Shown: in pieces, positions 1 through 9,043 of the stretch
How positions within the stretch are numbered: position 1 is the first letter of the stretch
Layout: the number at the start of each line of letters is the position of its first letter
Origin: Bryobacteraceae bacterium
GTDB lineage: Bacteria; Acidobacteriota; Terriglobia; Bryobacterales; Bryobacteraceae
DNA: 64,000 nt
Reading direction: 5' to 3'
NCBI GenBank assembly: GCA_035297145.1
Contig: DATGZN010000030.1
Coordinates: forward strand, 6,881-70,880
The notes under the pieces: model-generated
What the model saw: the letters and a program-made list of their open reading frames with translations, nothing else
Databases searched by the model: none
What the model was told of the DNA's origin: nothing
Program-made: the position numbers and the translations under genes

Positions 1-1983
1 AGTGCCGAAGAAGGCTTCGAGATCGTGCGACGGCGGCTATTCGAGCCGCTCGCCGATCAGGCGCAATTTAAGGACCGCGACGTAGTGGCGCGGGCTTTTG
101 CAGATTTCTACCGGACTCAGCACCAGGAATTCCCGCCCGAGTGCCACGATGCCGATTACGAGAAGCGGATTAAGGCAGCTTATCCGATACACCCGGAGAT
201 TTTTGACCGGCTCTACACTGACTGGTCCACGCTCGTGAAGTTTCAGCGCACACGCGGCGTTCTCCGCCTGATGGCCGCGGTGATTCACAGCCTGTGGGAG
301 AAGGGCGACAAGAACCCATTGATTCTGCCCGCCAATATCCCTATCGACGATCCGCGCGTGCAGTTCGAACTCACGCGCTACTTGTCCGACAATTGGGTGC
401 CGATTCTTGAAAAGGACGTTGATGGCCCGAGCTCCCTGCCACTGAGGCTCGACGGGGAGGTGCCGAATCTTGGCAAATTCGCCGCTTGCCGGCGCGTGGC
501 CCGAACCATCTATCTAGGGTCGGCGCCTACGGCGACGGCCGCCAACCGTGGCATCGAGGACCGGCGCGTGAAGCTCGGGTGTGTGATGCCGGGTGAGTCT
601 CCTGCGGTATTTGGCGACGCCCTGCGACGACTCACCGCCGCCGCAACCTATCTCTATCAGGACGGGCCGCGCTATTGGTATTCGACGCAACCGACTGTTA
701 CCAAACTCGCTGATGACCGCGCGGAGCAATTTAAGCGAGACACGGATAAGGTCGTGCACGAGCTGGACAAGCGCCTGAGAGCCGATCTTCGCAAAATGGG
801 TGACTTCAAACGCGTGCATCCGATGCCGGGCTCCAGTGCCGATGTGCCGGACGACCTTGACGCACGACTTGTGGTTCTTGGCGTTGACCACGCCTACAGC
901 AAGGAGCCTGACAATGCCGCCGAGACGGCGGCCAAAGGAATTTTTGAAAAGCGCGGCGCCGCGCCGCGCCTCTACCGAAACACGATCATCTTTCTTGCCG
1001 CCGACAAGACCCGGCTGCAGGACCTGGACGAAGCTGTGCGAAAGTTCCTCGCGTGGGACTCGATCCTAGATGAGAAGGATAAGCTCGACCTCTCGCCACA
1101 CCAGGTAAAGCAGGCCGAGACGCAGAAAACGGCAGCCGACGGCGCCGTGACGGCCAGGCTTCCCGAAACGTATCAGTGGTTGCTGGTGCCAACGCAGGAG
1201 ACCCCGCAAGCCCCCGTCACGTGGCAGACAATACGTCTGTCAGGGAACGATGCGCTTGCGGAGCGTGCCAGTAAGAAGCTGAAAAACGATGAATTGCTCG
1301 TGGTCAACTTTGCCGCGTCGCGCCTTCGCATGGACATGGACCACGTACCCTTATGGCGCGGAAATCATGTGCCAATTCGCCAGCTCGTAGAGGACTTCGG
1401 TCGCTACCTCTACCTGCCGCGCTTGCAGACCACCACCGTTCTCCTGAATGCTATCCGCGCGGGGCTTGCGCTGTTGACGTGGGAGCACGACGCTTTCGCC
1501 TACGCTGAAAACTACGACGAATCTGGAGCCCGTTATCGCGGCCTTCACTCCTGCGCACAGGTGAATGTCGCCGCAGATGACACGGGCCTGCTCGTGCGGC
1601 CCGAAATAGCCAGACAGCAGATTGACCTTGAGACGGCTCCGCCTAGCCCTGCTGGCGCAGATACCGGCGATCCAAGGTCACCCGGACCCGACGGCCTGTC
1701 GCCGCAGCCGACCACTCTTCCATCCGGACCGGTTCAACCGTTAAAGCCCCAGCGGTATCACGGCACGGTCGTTCTTGACTCCGCGCGGGTTGGGCGCGAT
1801 GCCGGCAGGATCGCGGATGAGGTTGTTACCCATCTCGTCGGGCTCGTCGGATCATCGGTGCGCGTCACTTTGGAAATCGAAGCGGAGATCCCCGGCGGAA
1901 CTCCTGACAACGTCGTGCGGACGGTCACGGAGAACAGCCGGACCCTGAAGTTCGAGAGCAACAGCGGCTTCGAGACGGAGTAG
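1..1983 (+). CDS. DUF499-type (BrxC/PglY-like) defence-associated ATPase, C-terminal ~660 aa. The 5' end is outside the window.
   Basis: Frame 1 is open from nt 1 (SAEEGFEIV precedes the first Met at 25). Motifs IHPEIFDRLYTDWS and FQRTRGVLRLMA match my recollection of DUF499 proteins. A Pro-rich linker is followed by a small C-terminal domain. Stop at 1981-1983. Confidence 0.6.
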   Translation, partial: SAEEGFEIVRRRLFEPLADQAQFKDRDVVARAFADFYRTQHQEFPPECHDADYEKRIKAAYPIHPEIFDRLYTDWSTLVKFQRTRGVLRLMAAVIHSLWEKGDKNPLILPANIPIDDPRVQFELTRYLSDNWVPILEKDVDGPSSLPLRLDGEVPNLGKFAACRRVARTIYLGSAPTATAANRGIEDRRVKLGCVMPGESPAVFGDALRRLTAAATYLYQDGPRYWYSTQPTVTKLADDRAEQFKRDTDKVVHELDKRLRADLRKMGDFKRVHPMPGSSADVPDDLDARLVVLGVDHAYSKEPDNAAETAAKGIFEKRGAAPRLYRNTIIFLAADKTRLQDLDEAVRKFLAWDSILDEKDKLDLSPHQVKQAETQKTAADGAVTARLPETYQWLLVPTQETPQAPVTWQTIRLSGNDALAERASKKLKNDELLVVNFAASRLRMDMDHVPLWRGNHVPIRQLVEDFGRYLYLPRLQTTTVLLNAIRAGLALLTWEHDAFAYAENYDESGARYRGLHSCAQVNVAADDTGLLVRPEIARQQIDLETAPPSPAGADTGDPRSPGPDGLSPQPTTLPSGPVQPLKPQRYHGTVVLDSARVGRDAGRIADEVVTHLVGLVGSSVRVTLEIEAEIPGGTPDNVVRTVTENSRTLKFESNSGFETE

Positions 1984-2156
1984 GGGAGCCTTAGAGGGCA
2001 CGGCGATTGTGGCGGGCTGGCAAGGGTCCTGAAGCTGGAGGAAGTGCTTGGAATCTTGATGAAAACATCCTGCTACCCACCAGGGTGAGCAGGCTCCTGG
2101 GGAACAGCTTTGAAGCTATAAAGCATCGAAACGACTGCAGCAGCCGTTCGCCAGTC

Positions 2157-2193
2157 TTGACAATCGTCTCATAAACTGCCATAATCGTCTCAT
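2157..2193 (+). promoter_or_regulatory. Near-consensus sigma70-type promoter (TTGACA-17 nt-CATAAT) with an 11-nt direct repeat. It implies a leaderless or near-leaderless start for the AAA+ gene.
   Basis: TTGACA at 2157-2162, 17-nt spacer, CATAAT at 2180-2185, ATG at 2192. AATCGTCTCAT occurs at 2162-2172 and again at 2183-2193. Confidence 0.45.
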
Positions 2194-3349
2194 GAACAAG
2201 GACACTAGCTTCATGAGCGAGCTATTTCGTATCGTTAACGGTGCGCTTCGTCTCGACATAGACAAAGTCCGTAACTATACAGCGTTCCTCGCCGATAAAC
2301 TTGAAAAGGCAGGAGATGTAGCTTCTGCCGGACGCCTGCGCAAAATGCTCGAAGAGAGTGATCAGCAACTGCGGCCGGCCGGGGCGGCGTTTGCCAAAGT
2401 TCTGCCTGTCGATGCAGATAGCCGTTTCCCGCTCATAGAGCGGGTGAATCTAAAAACACTTTCCGAGCCTCCGGTTATGCTCGGCCAGGAGCAATGGGAC
2501 ACCGTCAACGAATTTCTGAGCATCGCGAAGAGCTATGCCCAGGCCGAAGTGAATGGCCTCACCACGTCGCTTAGCTTCTTGATGTACGGCCCGCCGGGAA
2601 CGGGGAAAAGCCGCCTCGCGCGGTACATCGCCCAGGAGCTGGGCCTTGACTTGTACGTCGCACGCCTCGATGGGTTGATCTCCTCATTCCTCGGAAGCAC
2701 GTCGAAAAACATTCGCGCTCTTTTTGACTTTGCGGCCAAGACTCCGTGTGTCCTGTTTCTCGATGAGTTCGATGCGATCGCGAAGCTGCGCGGCGACAGC
2801 CAGGAGCTGGGGGAACTGAAGCGCGTGGTGAACAGCTTCATCCAGAACCTGGATACGCTGGGCACTCAATCCATCGTGATCGCCGCGACGAACCACCAGG
2901 AACTGCTCGACTCGGCAATATGGAGGCGCTTCAGCTACCGGCTGGCGCTGGATTTTCCTACGGCGGATTTGCGCCGGAAGATGTGGGCTGCATTCATTGA
3001 GGAGTTGCAGTTCACGGCGCGGGAAATAGAGCTGCTGGTCGATCTGTCGGAAGGTTTCACCGGGTCAGACATTCACGAAGTCTGCGTGCGTCTCCACCGC
3101 CGCCGGATTACGAGGAAGGAGTTCCCCGAGCTGAAGGACGCCTTCCAGGTTCTCCAGAACATGGGCATCGGCGAAGGCGAAGACCGTCGCTTCTTATCGC
3201 TTCTGAGGGGTAAGGATGAGCATGCTGTCGCAACCAGGCTCCGTGACAGAAACGCCAAGCTATACAGTCACGCCGCTCTCGCCGATCTGTTGGGCGTTTC
3301 AAAAGCGACTGCTCATCGATGGGCGAAGGGAGTAAATACCGATGGCTGA
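2192..3349 (+). CDS. Classic-clade AAA+ ATPase with a C-terminal helix-turn-helix (IetA-like partner of the downstream subtilase).
   Basis: Walker A GPPGTGKS, Walker B VLFLDEFD, sensor-1 VIAATN, RRF arginine-finger region. C-terminal LADLLGVSKATAHRWAKG is HTH-like. 8-nt overlap with the next gene. Confidence 0.85.
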   Translation: MNKDTSFMSELFRIVNGALRLDIDKVRNYTAFLADKLEKAGDVASAGRLRKMLEESDQQLRPAGAAFAKVLPVDADSRFPLIERVNLKTLSEPPVMLGQEQWDTVNEFLSIAKSYAQAEVNGLTTSLSFLMYGPPGTGKSRLARYIAQELGLDLYVARLDGLISSFLGSTSKNIRALFDFAAKTPCVLFLDEFDAIAKLRGDSQELGELKRVVNSFIQNLDTLGTQSIVIAATNHQELLDSAIWRRFSYRLALDFPTADLRRKMWAAFIEELQFTAREIELLVDLSEGFTGSDIHEVCVRLHRRRITRKEFPELKDAFQVLQNMGIGEGEDRRFLSLLRGKDEHAVATRLRDRNAKLYSHAALADLLGVSKATAHRWAKGVNTDG

Positions 3350-5687
3350 TACACCGAGACCACCCCGGCAGGAACGCCTGCTGATAAAGGTCATCATGCC
3401 CAAACAAGGCACCGAGCGTAAGGTTGCGGGCGGCGGAGCGCCGCCTAAGCCGTTCCGGCCGGTTGACGCGAAGTACCGGGCGCGTCTTTCCAGCCAGGTT
3501 TCGGCTATACGCACCGCCATCGTTCCGCAGATCCGGACGGCCGGCGCCGCGCCCGTGCGGGTGAAGCTGCTCTCGAAGGCGGCGGCCAAAAGCCATCGGC
3601 CGGAGCATTTGTTCTCGCCTGAATCCTGCCCGATCGTGGGCGGCGGAAGCCTCGGGGAATTGTTCGTCAAGGCGACGCCGGAAGGATTGGACCGCCTCGC
3701 CGCGATGATCGAGAGCCGCGAGTCCGATCAGATGACGAAGGAGCTTTCTTGCGTTGAAACGATCGAGCCTGTGACGCCCGCCTATCGTCGCAGCGGTCTC
3801 GATGCCAAGGACCTGCTTCGCCGGAGCCCCCGCGGCAAACACGGTTTCATCACGCGGGTGGGTCTTTTCAACTTCGGCGCGGACCGCGACCAGCCCAAGT
3901 TGGTCGAAGATTTTGAAAGCACGTGCCGGAAGCGCGACATCAGGGTGCGCAGCAACCGGGGATATTCGCCGTCGAGCTTCACGTACGAAATCGAGTGCCG
4001 GAACGTCGACGATGTTGAGGCCCTGTCCCGCGTGATCGGCGTGCGTTCGATAACGCCCATGCCGCTCATTCGGACCATCCGTCCTCGGATGTTCGCGGCG
4101 AAGCCGTTGCCGCCTCTTCCGAGCGCCGATGACGTGACAGGAGACTTCCCCGTAGTGGTCGTTGTGGACAGCGGGATTTCCGACCAGATTCCCGGCCTGG
4201 AGAGCTGGGTCGTGGGGCGCGACTCTCAAGTCGCGCCGGAATACAGGAACACCGATCACGGTTCCTTCGTGGCGGGCCTCATCTGCTGGGGCGGCCAGCT
4301 TAATCCCACCATCGCCGGGCTCGACAACGGCCCGTGCGGAGTGTTCGATCTTCAGGTGATCCCGAATGAAGATCCCGCGAAAGGGGATACGCTCCCCTTG
4401 CTGGAATCAGAGTTTCTCGTCTCGCTGGACGAGGCGCTTCAGCAGCACGCCAATAGGTATAAGGTTTGGAATCTCTCGCTCGGCACGGACACTGTTTGCT
4501 CGCTCGACCAGTTTTCCAAGCTTGCCGAAGAACTCGACAATCTGCAGGAGCGATACCAGGTTTCCTTCGTCATCAGCGCCGGGAACTATGACACGCCGCC
4601 GCTCCTGGACTTCCCGCGCACGGGCGGCCAGGTGCAGGCCGGAAGGATCACCACGCCTGCCGACAGCGTCCTCGGGATCACTGTTGGCTCGGTGTCGCAC
4701 GTCGATTACAAGAAGGACGGGCCAAAGGAGCATCACCCTTCGGCCTTCTCGCGGCACGGCGCCGGGCCGAACTATGTGATCAAGCCTGACCTCATTCATT
4801 ACGGCGGATCGTGCTCTACGGACCTATCGCACATTTCCGGAATTCGTTCGGTGAACGGGACCGGCTCCGCTGAGAATGTTGGGACGAGCTTCGCTACGCC
4901 ACTTGTCGCCCGGACCCTTGCGCAGATCTATCATCAGGTCACGCCGACACCGTCGCCGGTGCTTGCCAGAGCCCTGCTGACGCACCACGCGCGCGATCCG
5001 CGTACCGCTCTCCGGGTGCCTGACGGAGACGAGAATTTCTTCGGGTTTGGCTTGCCTGCCCCGGTGCCGTATTGCCTGGAATGCACCCCGCATACGTCGA
5101 CGCTTGTTTTCGACGACGTGCTCCGGCCAGGGTATTTTCTCGAATGGAATGATTTCCCTTATCCGCCCTCGCTGAGCCGTGACGGGAAATATTTCGGCGA
5201 GATATGGATGACGGTGGCCTTCGCGCCGGCACGCGGCGCGAGATGGGGGACGGAATACTGTGAAACCCACATCGATGCTCATTTTGGGGTCTACCGGACC
5301 CAGAAATCGCGTGAGACAGGGCTGGTCAAAGCGAAACCAATATTTGTCGGCCTGGTGCCCCCGGAGCACAAGAACGTGGGCGAGCTTTACGAGTCCTACC
5401 AGGTGGAAAAGCTGCGCAAGTGGGCTCCGGTCCGGACGTATTACGGCGATCTCGGTGAGAACGGTGAGCGCGGCGATCGCTGGCGCATGATGGTTCGCCT
5501 TCTCACGCGGCATGGGATCGAGGATGAAGAAGCTTTCAAGCCGCAGCCTTTCTCTTTGATCGTGACGATTTCCGACCCGGAGAAGAAGGCACGGGTCTAT
5601 GACGAGATGGCGCAGATCGTTCGCAACCGCTTCCAGTCGCAGAACCTCACGGTTCGCGCGGCGGCGCGCGTTCGAGCAAAGCAATGA
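3342..5687 (+). CDS. S8 (subtilisin-family) serine peptidase, IetS-like.
   Basis: Catalytic motifs VVVVDSGIS (Asp), DHGSFVAGLI (His), NLSLG (oxyanion Asn) and GTSFATPLVAR (Ser). GAAGGGAG SD upstream. Start overlaps the stop of the AAA+ gene (ATGGCTGA). Confidence 0.9.
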   Translation: MADTPRPPRQERLLIKVIMPKQGTERKVAGGGAPPKPFRPVDAKYRARLSSQVSAIRTAIVPQIRTAGAAPVRVKLLSKAAAKSHRPEHLFSPESCPIVGGGSLGELFVKATPEGLDRLAAMIESRESDQMTKELSCVETIEPVTPAYRRSGLDAKDLLRRSPRGKHGFITRVGLFNFGADRDQPKLVEDFESTCRKRDIRVRSNRGYSPSSFTYEIECRNVDDVEALSRVIGVRSITPMPLIRTIRPRMFAAKPLPPLPSADDVTGDFPVVVVVDSGISDQIPGLESWVVGRDSQVAPEYRNTDHGSFVAGLICWGGQLNPTIAGLDNGPCGVFDLQVIPNEDPAKGDTLPLLESEFLVSLDEALQQHANRYKVWNLSLGTDTVCSLDQFSKLAEELDNLQERYQVSFVISAGNYDTPPLLDFPRTGGQVQAGRITTPADSVLGITVGSVSHVDYKKDGPKEHHPSAFSRHGAGPNYVIKPDLIHYGGSCSTDLSHISGIRSVNGTGSAENVGTSFATPLVARTLAQIYHQVTPTPSPVLARALLTHHARDPRTALRVPDGDENFFGFGLPAPVPYCLECTPHTSTLVFDDVLRPGYFLEWNDFPYPPSLSRDGKYFGEIWMTVAFAPARGARWGTEYCETHIDAHFGVYRTQKSRETGLVKAKPIFVGLVPPEHKNVGELYESYQVEKLRKWAPVRTYYGDLGENGERGDRWRMMVRLLTRHGIEDEEAFKPQPFSLIVTISDPEKKARVYDEMAQIVRNRFQSQNLTVRAAARVRAKQ

Positions 5688-5726
5688 GCAGTGCAGTAAC
5701 TGAATACACGAGAAGGAGAATTCAAA

Positions 5727-6188
5727 ATGTCTGAACAAGAACACAAGCACGAGGTACGCATTCATATCGATCAGCACCCCTACGAATCGCCGAACCCGAC
5801 CACGGGCGCGGCGCTCTACGCGCTAGGCAACGTTCCAGCGGGCCTTGAACTTTACCGGGAAGTGAGCGGCGACAGGGAAGACAAGCCGATCGAGAACGGG
5901 CCGGAGGTCGTCCACCTGAAGGAGGACGAGCACTTCCACAGCGGCCCGCCCAAGACATACACGATTTACGTGAACGGCGAACAGAAAGTGGTAACCACCA
6001 AAACCGTCTCCTTCGCCGAGATCGCCAAGCTCGCGTATCCGATACCGCCGACGGGCGACAACATTCTGTATACGGTTTCCTACGAAGATGGTCCGCCTGC
6101 CAACCCGCAGGGCTCGATGAAGGAGGGCGAAACCGTCAAGGTCAAGAACGGGATGATCTTCAATGTCACAGCGACCGATAAGTCGTAG
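5727..6188 (+). CDS. Multiubiquitin-domain protein (two tandem beta-grasp/ubiquitin-like repeats).
   Basis: AAGGAG SD 7 nt upstream. Two internally similar halves (VRIHIDQHPY... and YTIYVNGEQK...). The C-terminal ...[16 protein letters not shown] matches my memory of the multiubiquitin (Multi_ubiq) family ending. Confidence 0.8.
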   Translation: MSEQEHKHEVRIHIDQHPYESPNPTTGAALYALGNVPAGLELYREVSGDREDKPIENGPEVVHLKEDEHFHSGPPKTYTIYVNGEQKVVTTKTVSFAEIAKLAYPIPPTGDNILYTVSYEDGPPANPQGSMKEGETVKVKNGMIFNVTATDKS

Positions 6189-7347
6189 CGCGGACCTGAA
6201 AAAACTGCGCGACGAAGGATATGACCTGGAAATCCGATCCGGCTGTTTGCTGGTGAAAGATGTGCCGTATGTGAACTCCCTCAAGGAGGTCAAACGCGGA
6301 ATCCTGGTCATGAAGCTGGTGCTCGCGGACGACGAGACGGCGCGTCCCGACGACCACGTGGCCTACTTTTCAGGCGATCATCCGTGCTTTGAGGACGGTA
6401 CCGAAATCGCGAAGATCAAGCACGGGAGCGGCGAGCGCTCGCTGGCTGAAGGCGTGGTGATACAGCATTCGTTTTCGGCAAAGCCCAAGCCGCACGATTC
6501 CTACCCGGATTACTATGCCAAGGTGACGTGGTACGTGAGTATCCTTTCCGGCCCCGCCTGGAGGATCGACAAGTCCACGGCGAAGACCTTCCCGTTCATC
6601 GAGCCGGAGAAGGATGACGACGAGCCGTTCAATTACACCGATACCGCTTCCAGCAGGGCCGAAATCGTCGCCGTTACTAATAAGATGGCGCTGAAGAAGA
6701 TCGCGATCGTGGGCATGGGTGGGACCGGGTCTTATGTGCTGGATCTCGTCGCGAAGACGCCCGTCCGGAAAATTCACATCTATGACGGGGACGCCTTCCT
6801 GCAGCACAATGCGTTCCGGTCGCCAGGCGCGCCTTCGGGCGATGACCTGCGGGCCAAGCAGTCCAAGGTGACGTACTTCAAAAACCTTTACGCCCGGATG
6901 CACAATGGCATCGTCGATCACGCCGTTTATATCGATGCCGGGAATGTGGAAGAACTACGCGGCATGGATTTCGTGTTTCTTTGTGTCGACAAGGGCAGCG
7001 TGAAAAAAGTGATCGTCGAAAAACTCGAAGAGTTTAACGTCCCGTTCAGCGACGTGGGCATGGGCATCCAGTTGAAGAACGGAGCCCTGGGCGGCATCGT
7101 GCGGGTTACTGCGAGCACGGAGAAGAAGCGCGACCACTTTCGCGGCAGGGTTTCCTTCGGGGACGCCGCGAGCGGAAACGAATACGATCGCAACATCCAG
7201 ATCGCCGACATGAACGCCCTGAATGCCGCTCTCGCCGTCATCAAGTGGAAGAAGCTCTTCGGCTTCTACCGCGATCTTAAATCCGAGCATCATAGCCAGT
7301 TCAGCATCGACACCAACCTGCTCCTCAACGAAGATAGGCCGCAATGA
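6163..7347 (+). CDS. ThiF/E1-like adenylyltransferase with a ~170-aa N-terminal extension (possibly a prokaryotic E2-like domain).
   Basis: Rossmann motif [19 protein letters not shown] followed by IYDGDAF. The N-terminal [28 protein letters not shown] is typical of E1s linked to multiubiquitin. 26-nt overlap with the Ubl gene. Confidence 0.8.
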   Translation: MSQRPISRSADLKKLRDEGYDLEIRSGCLLVKDVPYVNSLKEVKRGILVMKLVLADDETARPDDHVAYFSGDHPCFEDGTEIAKIKHGSGERSLAEGVVIQHSFSAKPKPHDSYPDYYAKVTWYVSILSGPAWRIDKSTAKTFPFIEPEKDDDEPFNYTDTASSRAEIVAVTNKMALKKIAIVGMGGTGSYVLDLVAKTPVRKIHIYDGDAFLQHNAFRSPGAPSGDDLRAKQSKVTYFKNLYARMHNGIVDHAVYIDAGNVEELRGMDFVFLCVDKGSVKKVIVEKLEEFNVPFSDVGMGIQLKNGALGGIVRVTASTEKKRDHFRGRVSFGDAASGNEYDRNIQIADMNALNAALAVIKWKKLFGFYRDLKSEHHSQFSIDTNLLLNEDRPQ

Positions 7348-7799
7348 AACAGGGAATCGTCCTCAAGCACGAATTTGTCGAGTTCATCCCTGGCGAACTC
7401 AAGGAGGGGACGATTTACATTTCGATCCGGTTTGGGACGGCATCGCACCTGTGTTGTTGCGGCTGCGGCAACAAGGTCGTCACGCCGCTGCGACCCACGG
7501 ACTGGAAGCTCATTTTTGACGGCAAGACCGTTTCGCTCGACCCCTCGATCGGGAACTGGAGTTTCGCGTGCCGGTCTCACTACTGGATAAGGAATAACAG
7601 GGTTCGATGGGCGGCTCAGTGGTCTCCGGAAGAGATCGCGGCCGGAAGAGCCCATGACCGGTTTGCGAAGGATAGATATTTCGACACCGCTGACACGGCG
7701 ACGGATGGTGCGCTGAAGAAAGCTCCAGTGACGGTGGAAACCGCCAAGGCGGGACCGCGTTGGTGGTTGAGGATAAAGAAGTGGTGGCAGCGCTCATGA
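7344..7799 (+). CDS. DUF6527-family protein (Cys-cluster small protein of Ubl-conjugation operons).
   Basis: ATGA overlap with the E1 stop. Cys cluster [15 protein letters not shown] and the GNW motif (SIGNWSF), which I recall as the hallmark of DUF6527. Confidence 0.7.
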   Translation: MKQGIVLKHEFVEFIPGELKEGTIYISIRFGTASHLCCCGCGNKVVTPLRPTDWKLIFDGKTVSLDPSIGNWSFACRSHYWIRNNRVRWAAQWSPEEIAAGRAHDRFAKDRYFDTADTATDGALKKAPVTVETAKAGPRWWLRIKKWWQRS

Positions 7800-7835
7800 T
7801 GAAGCTCCGAGGGCGACGCCTGGAACAAGAGAACA

Positions 7836-9005
7836 ATGATACCTAAGCCGATAGACCAAATCACCGAAGCAGACCTCAGCGACCTCGTAAGCGCTAGCGT
7901 TGCCGAACGAAAAACACTCGATTACAAACAACAACTGCCGGATACGAACGATGCCGGCAAGAGAGAACTGCTGGCAGACGTTTCATCTTTTGCGAACACG
8001 GCGGGCGGAGATCTCGTTTTCGGCATGACGGAGAGCGCCGGCGTGCCGACAGCCATACCTGGGGTCCAGATCGGAAACACCGACCAGGAGATTTTGCGGT
8101 TCGACAACATCATCCGGGATGGGCTGTCCCCCCGCATCCGCCACACAACGAGGGCGGTGCCTCTGACGAACGGCGGTTATGTCCTGATCATCCGATCGGA
8201 GCGGAGCTGGTACGGTCCTCACCGAGTAATTTTCAAAGGCGACAGCAGGTTTTACGGGCGCACCACCAACGGCAAATATGAGCTTGATGTAACCGACTTG
8301 CGCAATGCGTTTCTCTTCGCAAGCGCCGTGACCGAAAAGATTTCAGCTTTCAGGGCAGAACGGGTCATCGCGTTGGAAAACGGCCAGCCGCTCGCCCCGC
8401 TCGCGGAAGGTCCGAAACTCGTTATCCATTGCATGGCCCTCGAATCCTTCGGAGCCAGGCCGCAATATGACGTCCTGGCCCTTGACGGAATTCAGCCCAT
8501 GTATGCGACACGCCTGAGCGGTTGGGGAGCGCGCATAAACTTTGAAGGCCGGATTTTCATTGCGTCGGGCGAACCCTCTAGCGCGTATACGCAAATCTAC
8601 AGGAACGGAGTGATAGAAGCCGTTCGCGTCGGCGTCTTGAACAGCCCCCAAAGTCCAGGCGTCATACCCAGTCTTGCGTACGAGGAAGCCGTGGTAGGCT
8701 ATCTGCCGCAGTGTTTCCAGATCATGAGGCAATTGGGATGTAGTCCGCCGGTTCTGGTTGGGATCACATTGATCGGCGTACGGGGGCTGAAGTTGGCGGT
8801 TGACGTGATGGTTGAATTGTCGATGGGGGGCGCCAAGGCAATCGACCGAGACGTCCTTATGCTGCCTGAGATCGTTGTCGAAGATCTTTCCACTCCGGCC
8901 GCGCCGCTGCTGAAGCGGACCCTCGACCTGGTTTGGAACGCCTGCGGATTTCCCTCGTCGCCATATTTCGATGCCGCTGGAAAATGGATGGGGCGAACCC
9001 GCTGA
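7836..9005 (+). CDS. AlbA_2 (Schlafen-like) domain protein with an uncharacterised ~260-aa C-terminal region.
   Basis: N-terminal ERKTLDYKQQL...LLADVSSFANTAGGDLVFGM...YVLIIRSERSW...FYGRT follows the AlbA_2/'divergent AAA' pattern (E-x-K ... AFANT-GG-L-GV ... Y-R). Confidence 0.7.
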   Translation: MIPKPIDQITEADLSDLVSASVAERKTLDYKQQLPDTNDAGKRELLADVSSFANTAGGDLVFGMTESAGVPTAIPGVQIGNTDQEILRFDNIIRDGLSPRIRHTTRAVPLTNGGYVLIIRSERSWYGPHRVIFKGDSRFYGRTTNGKYELDVTDLRNAFLFASAVTEKISAFRAERVIALENGQPLAPLAEGPKLVIHCMALESFGARPQYDVLALDGIQPMYATRLSGWGARINFEGRIFIASGEPSSAYTQIYRNGVIEAVRVGVLNSPQSPGVIPSLAYEEAVVGYLPQCFQIMRQLGCSPPVLVGITLIGVRGLKLAVDVMVELSMGGAKAIDRDVLMLPEIVVEDLSTPAAPLLKRTLDLVWNACGFPSSPYFDAAGKWMGRTR

Positions 9006-9043
9006 AGCGGAAGATCTGGGTACGGCCGGGGTGTCACGAACCA

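Noticed and set aside
1991-2182. 63-aa minus-strand ORF in the gap between the DUF499 gene and the AAA+ gene.
   Set aside because: It overlaps the promoter-like element, has no SD, and its product is low in complexity.
3108-4259. Long antisense ORFs overlapping well-supported genes. Examples: 3108-4259(-), 4824-5777(-), 17905-19023(-), 23443-24480(-), 31926-32936(+), 41060-41884(-), 44823-45596(-), 48975-50162(+) and 52280-53065(-).
   Set aside because: Their products are Arg/Pro/Gly/His-rich and low in complexity, which is typical of shadow frames in high-GC DNA. Each lies opposite a gene with clear catalytic motifs.
8933-9043. Upstream extension of the kinase-like ORF (starts at 8933 or 8984), overlapping the end of the AlbA_2 gene.
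   Set aside because: The extension (MERLRISLVAIFRCRWK...) looks like out-of-frame read-through of the preceding gene. The ATG at 9044 lies after the upstream stop. 8984 cannot be excluded.
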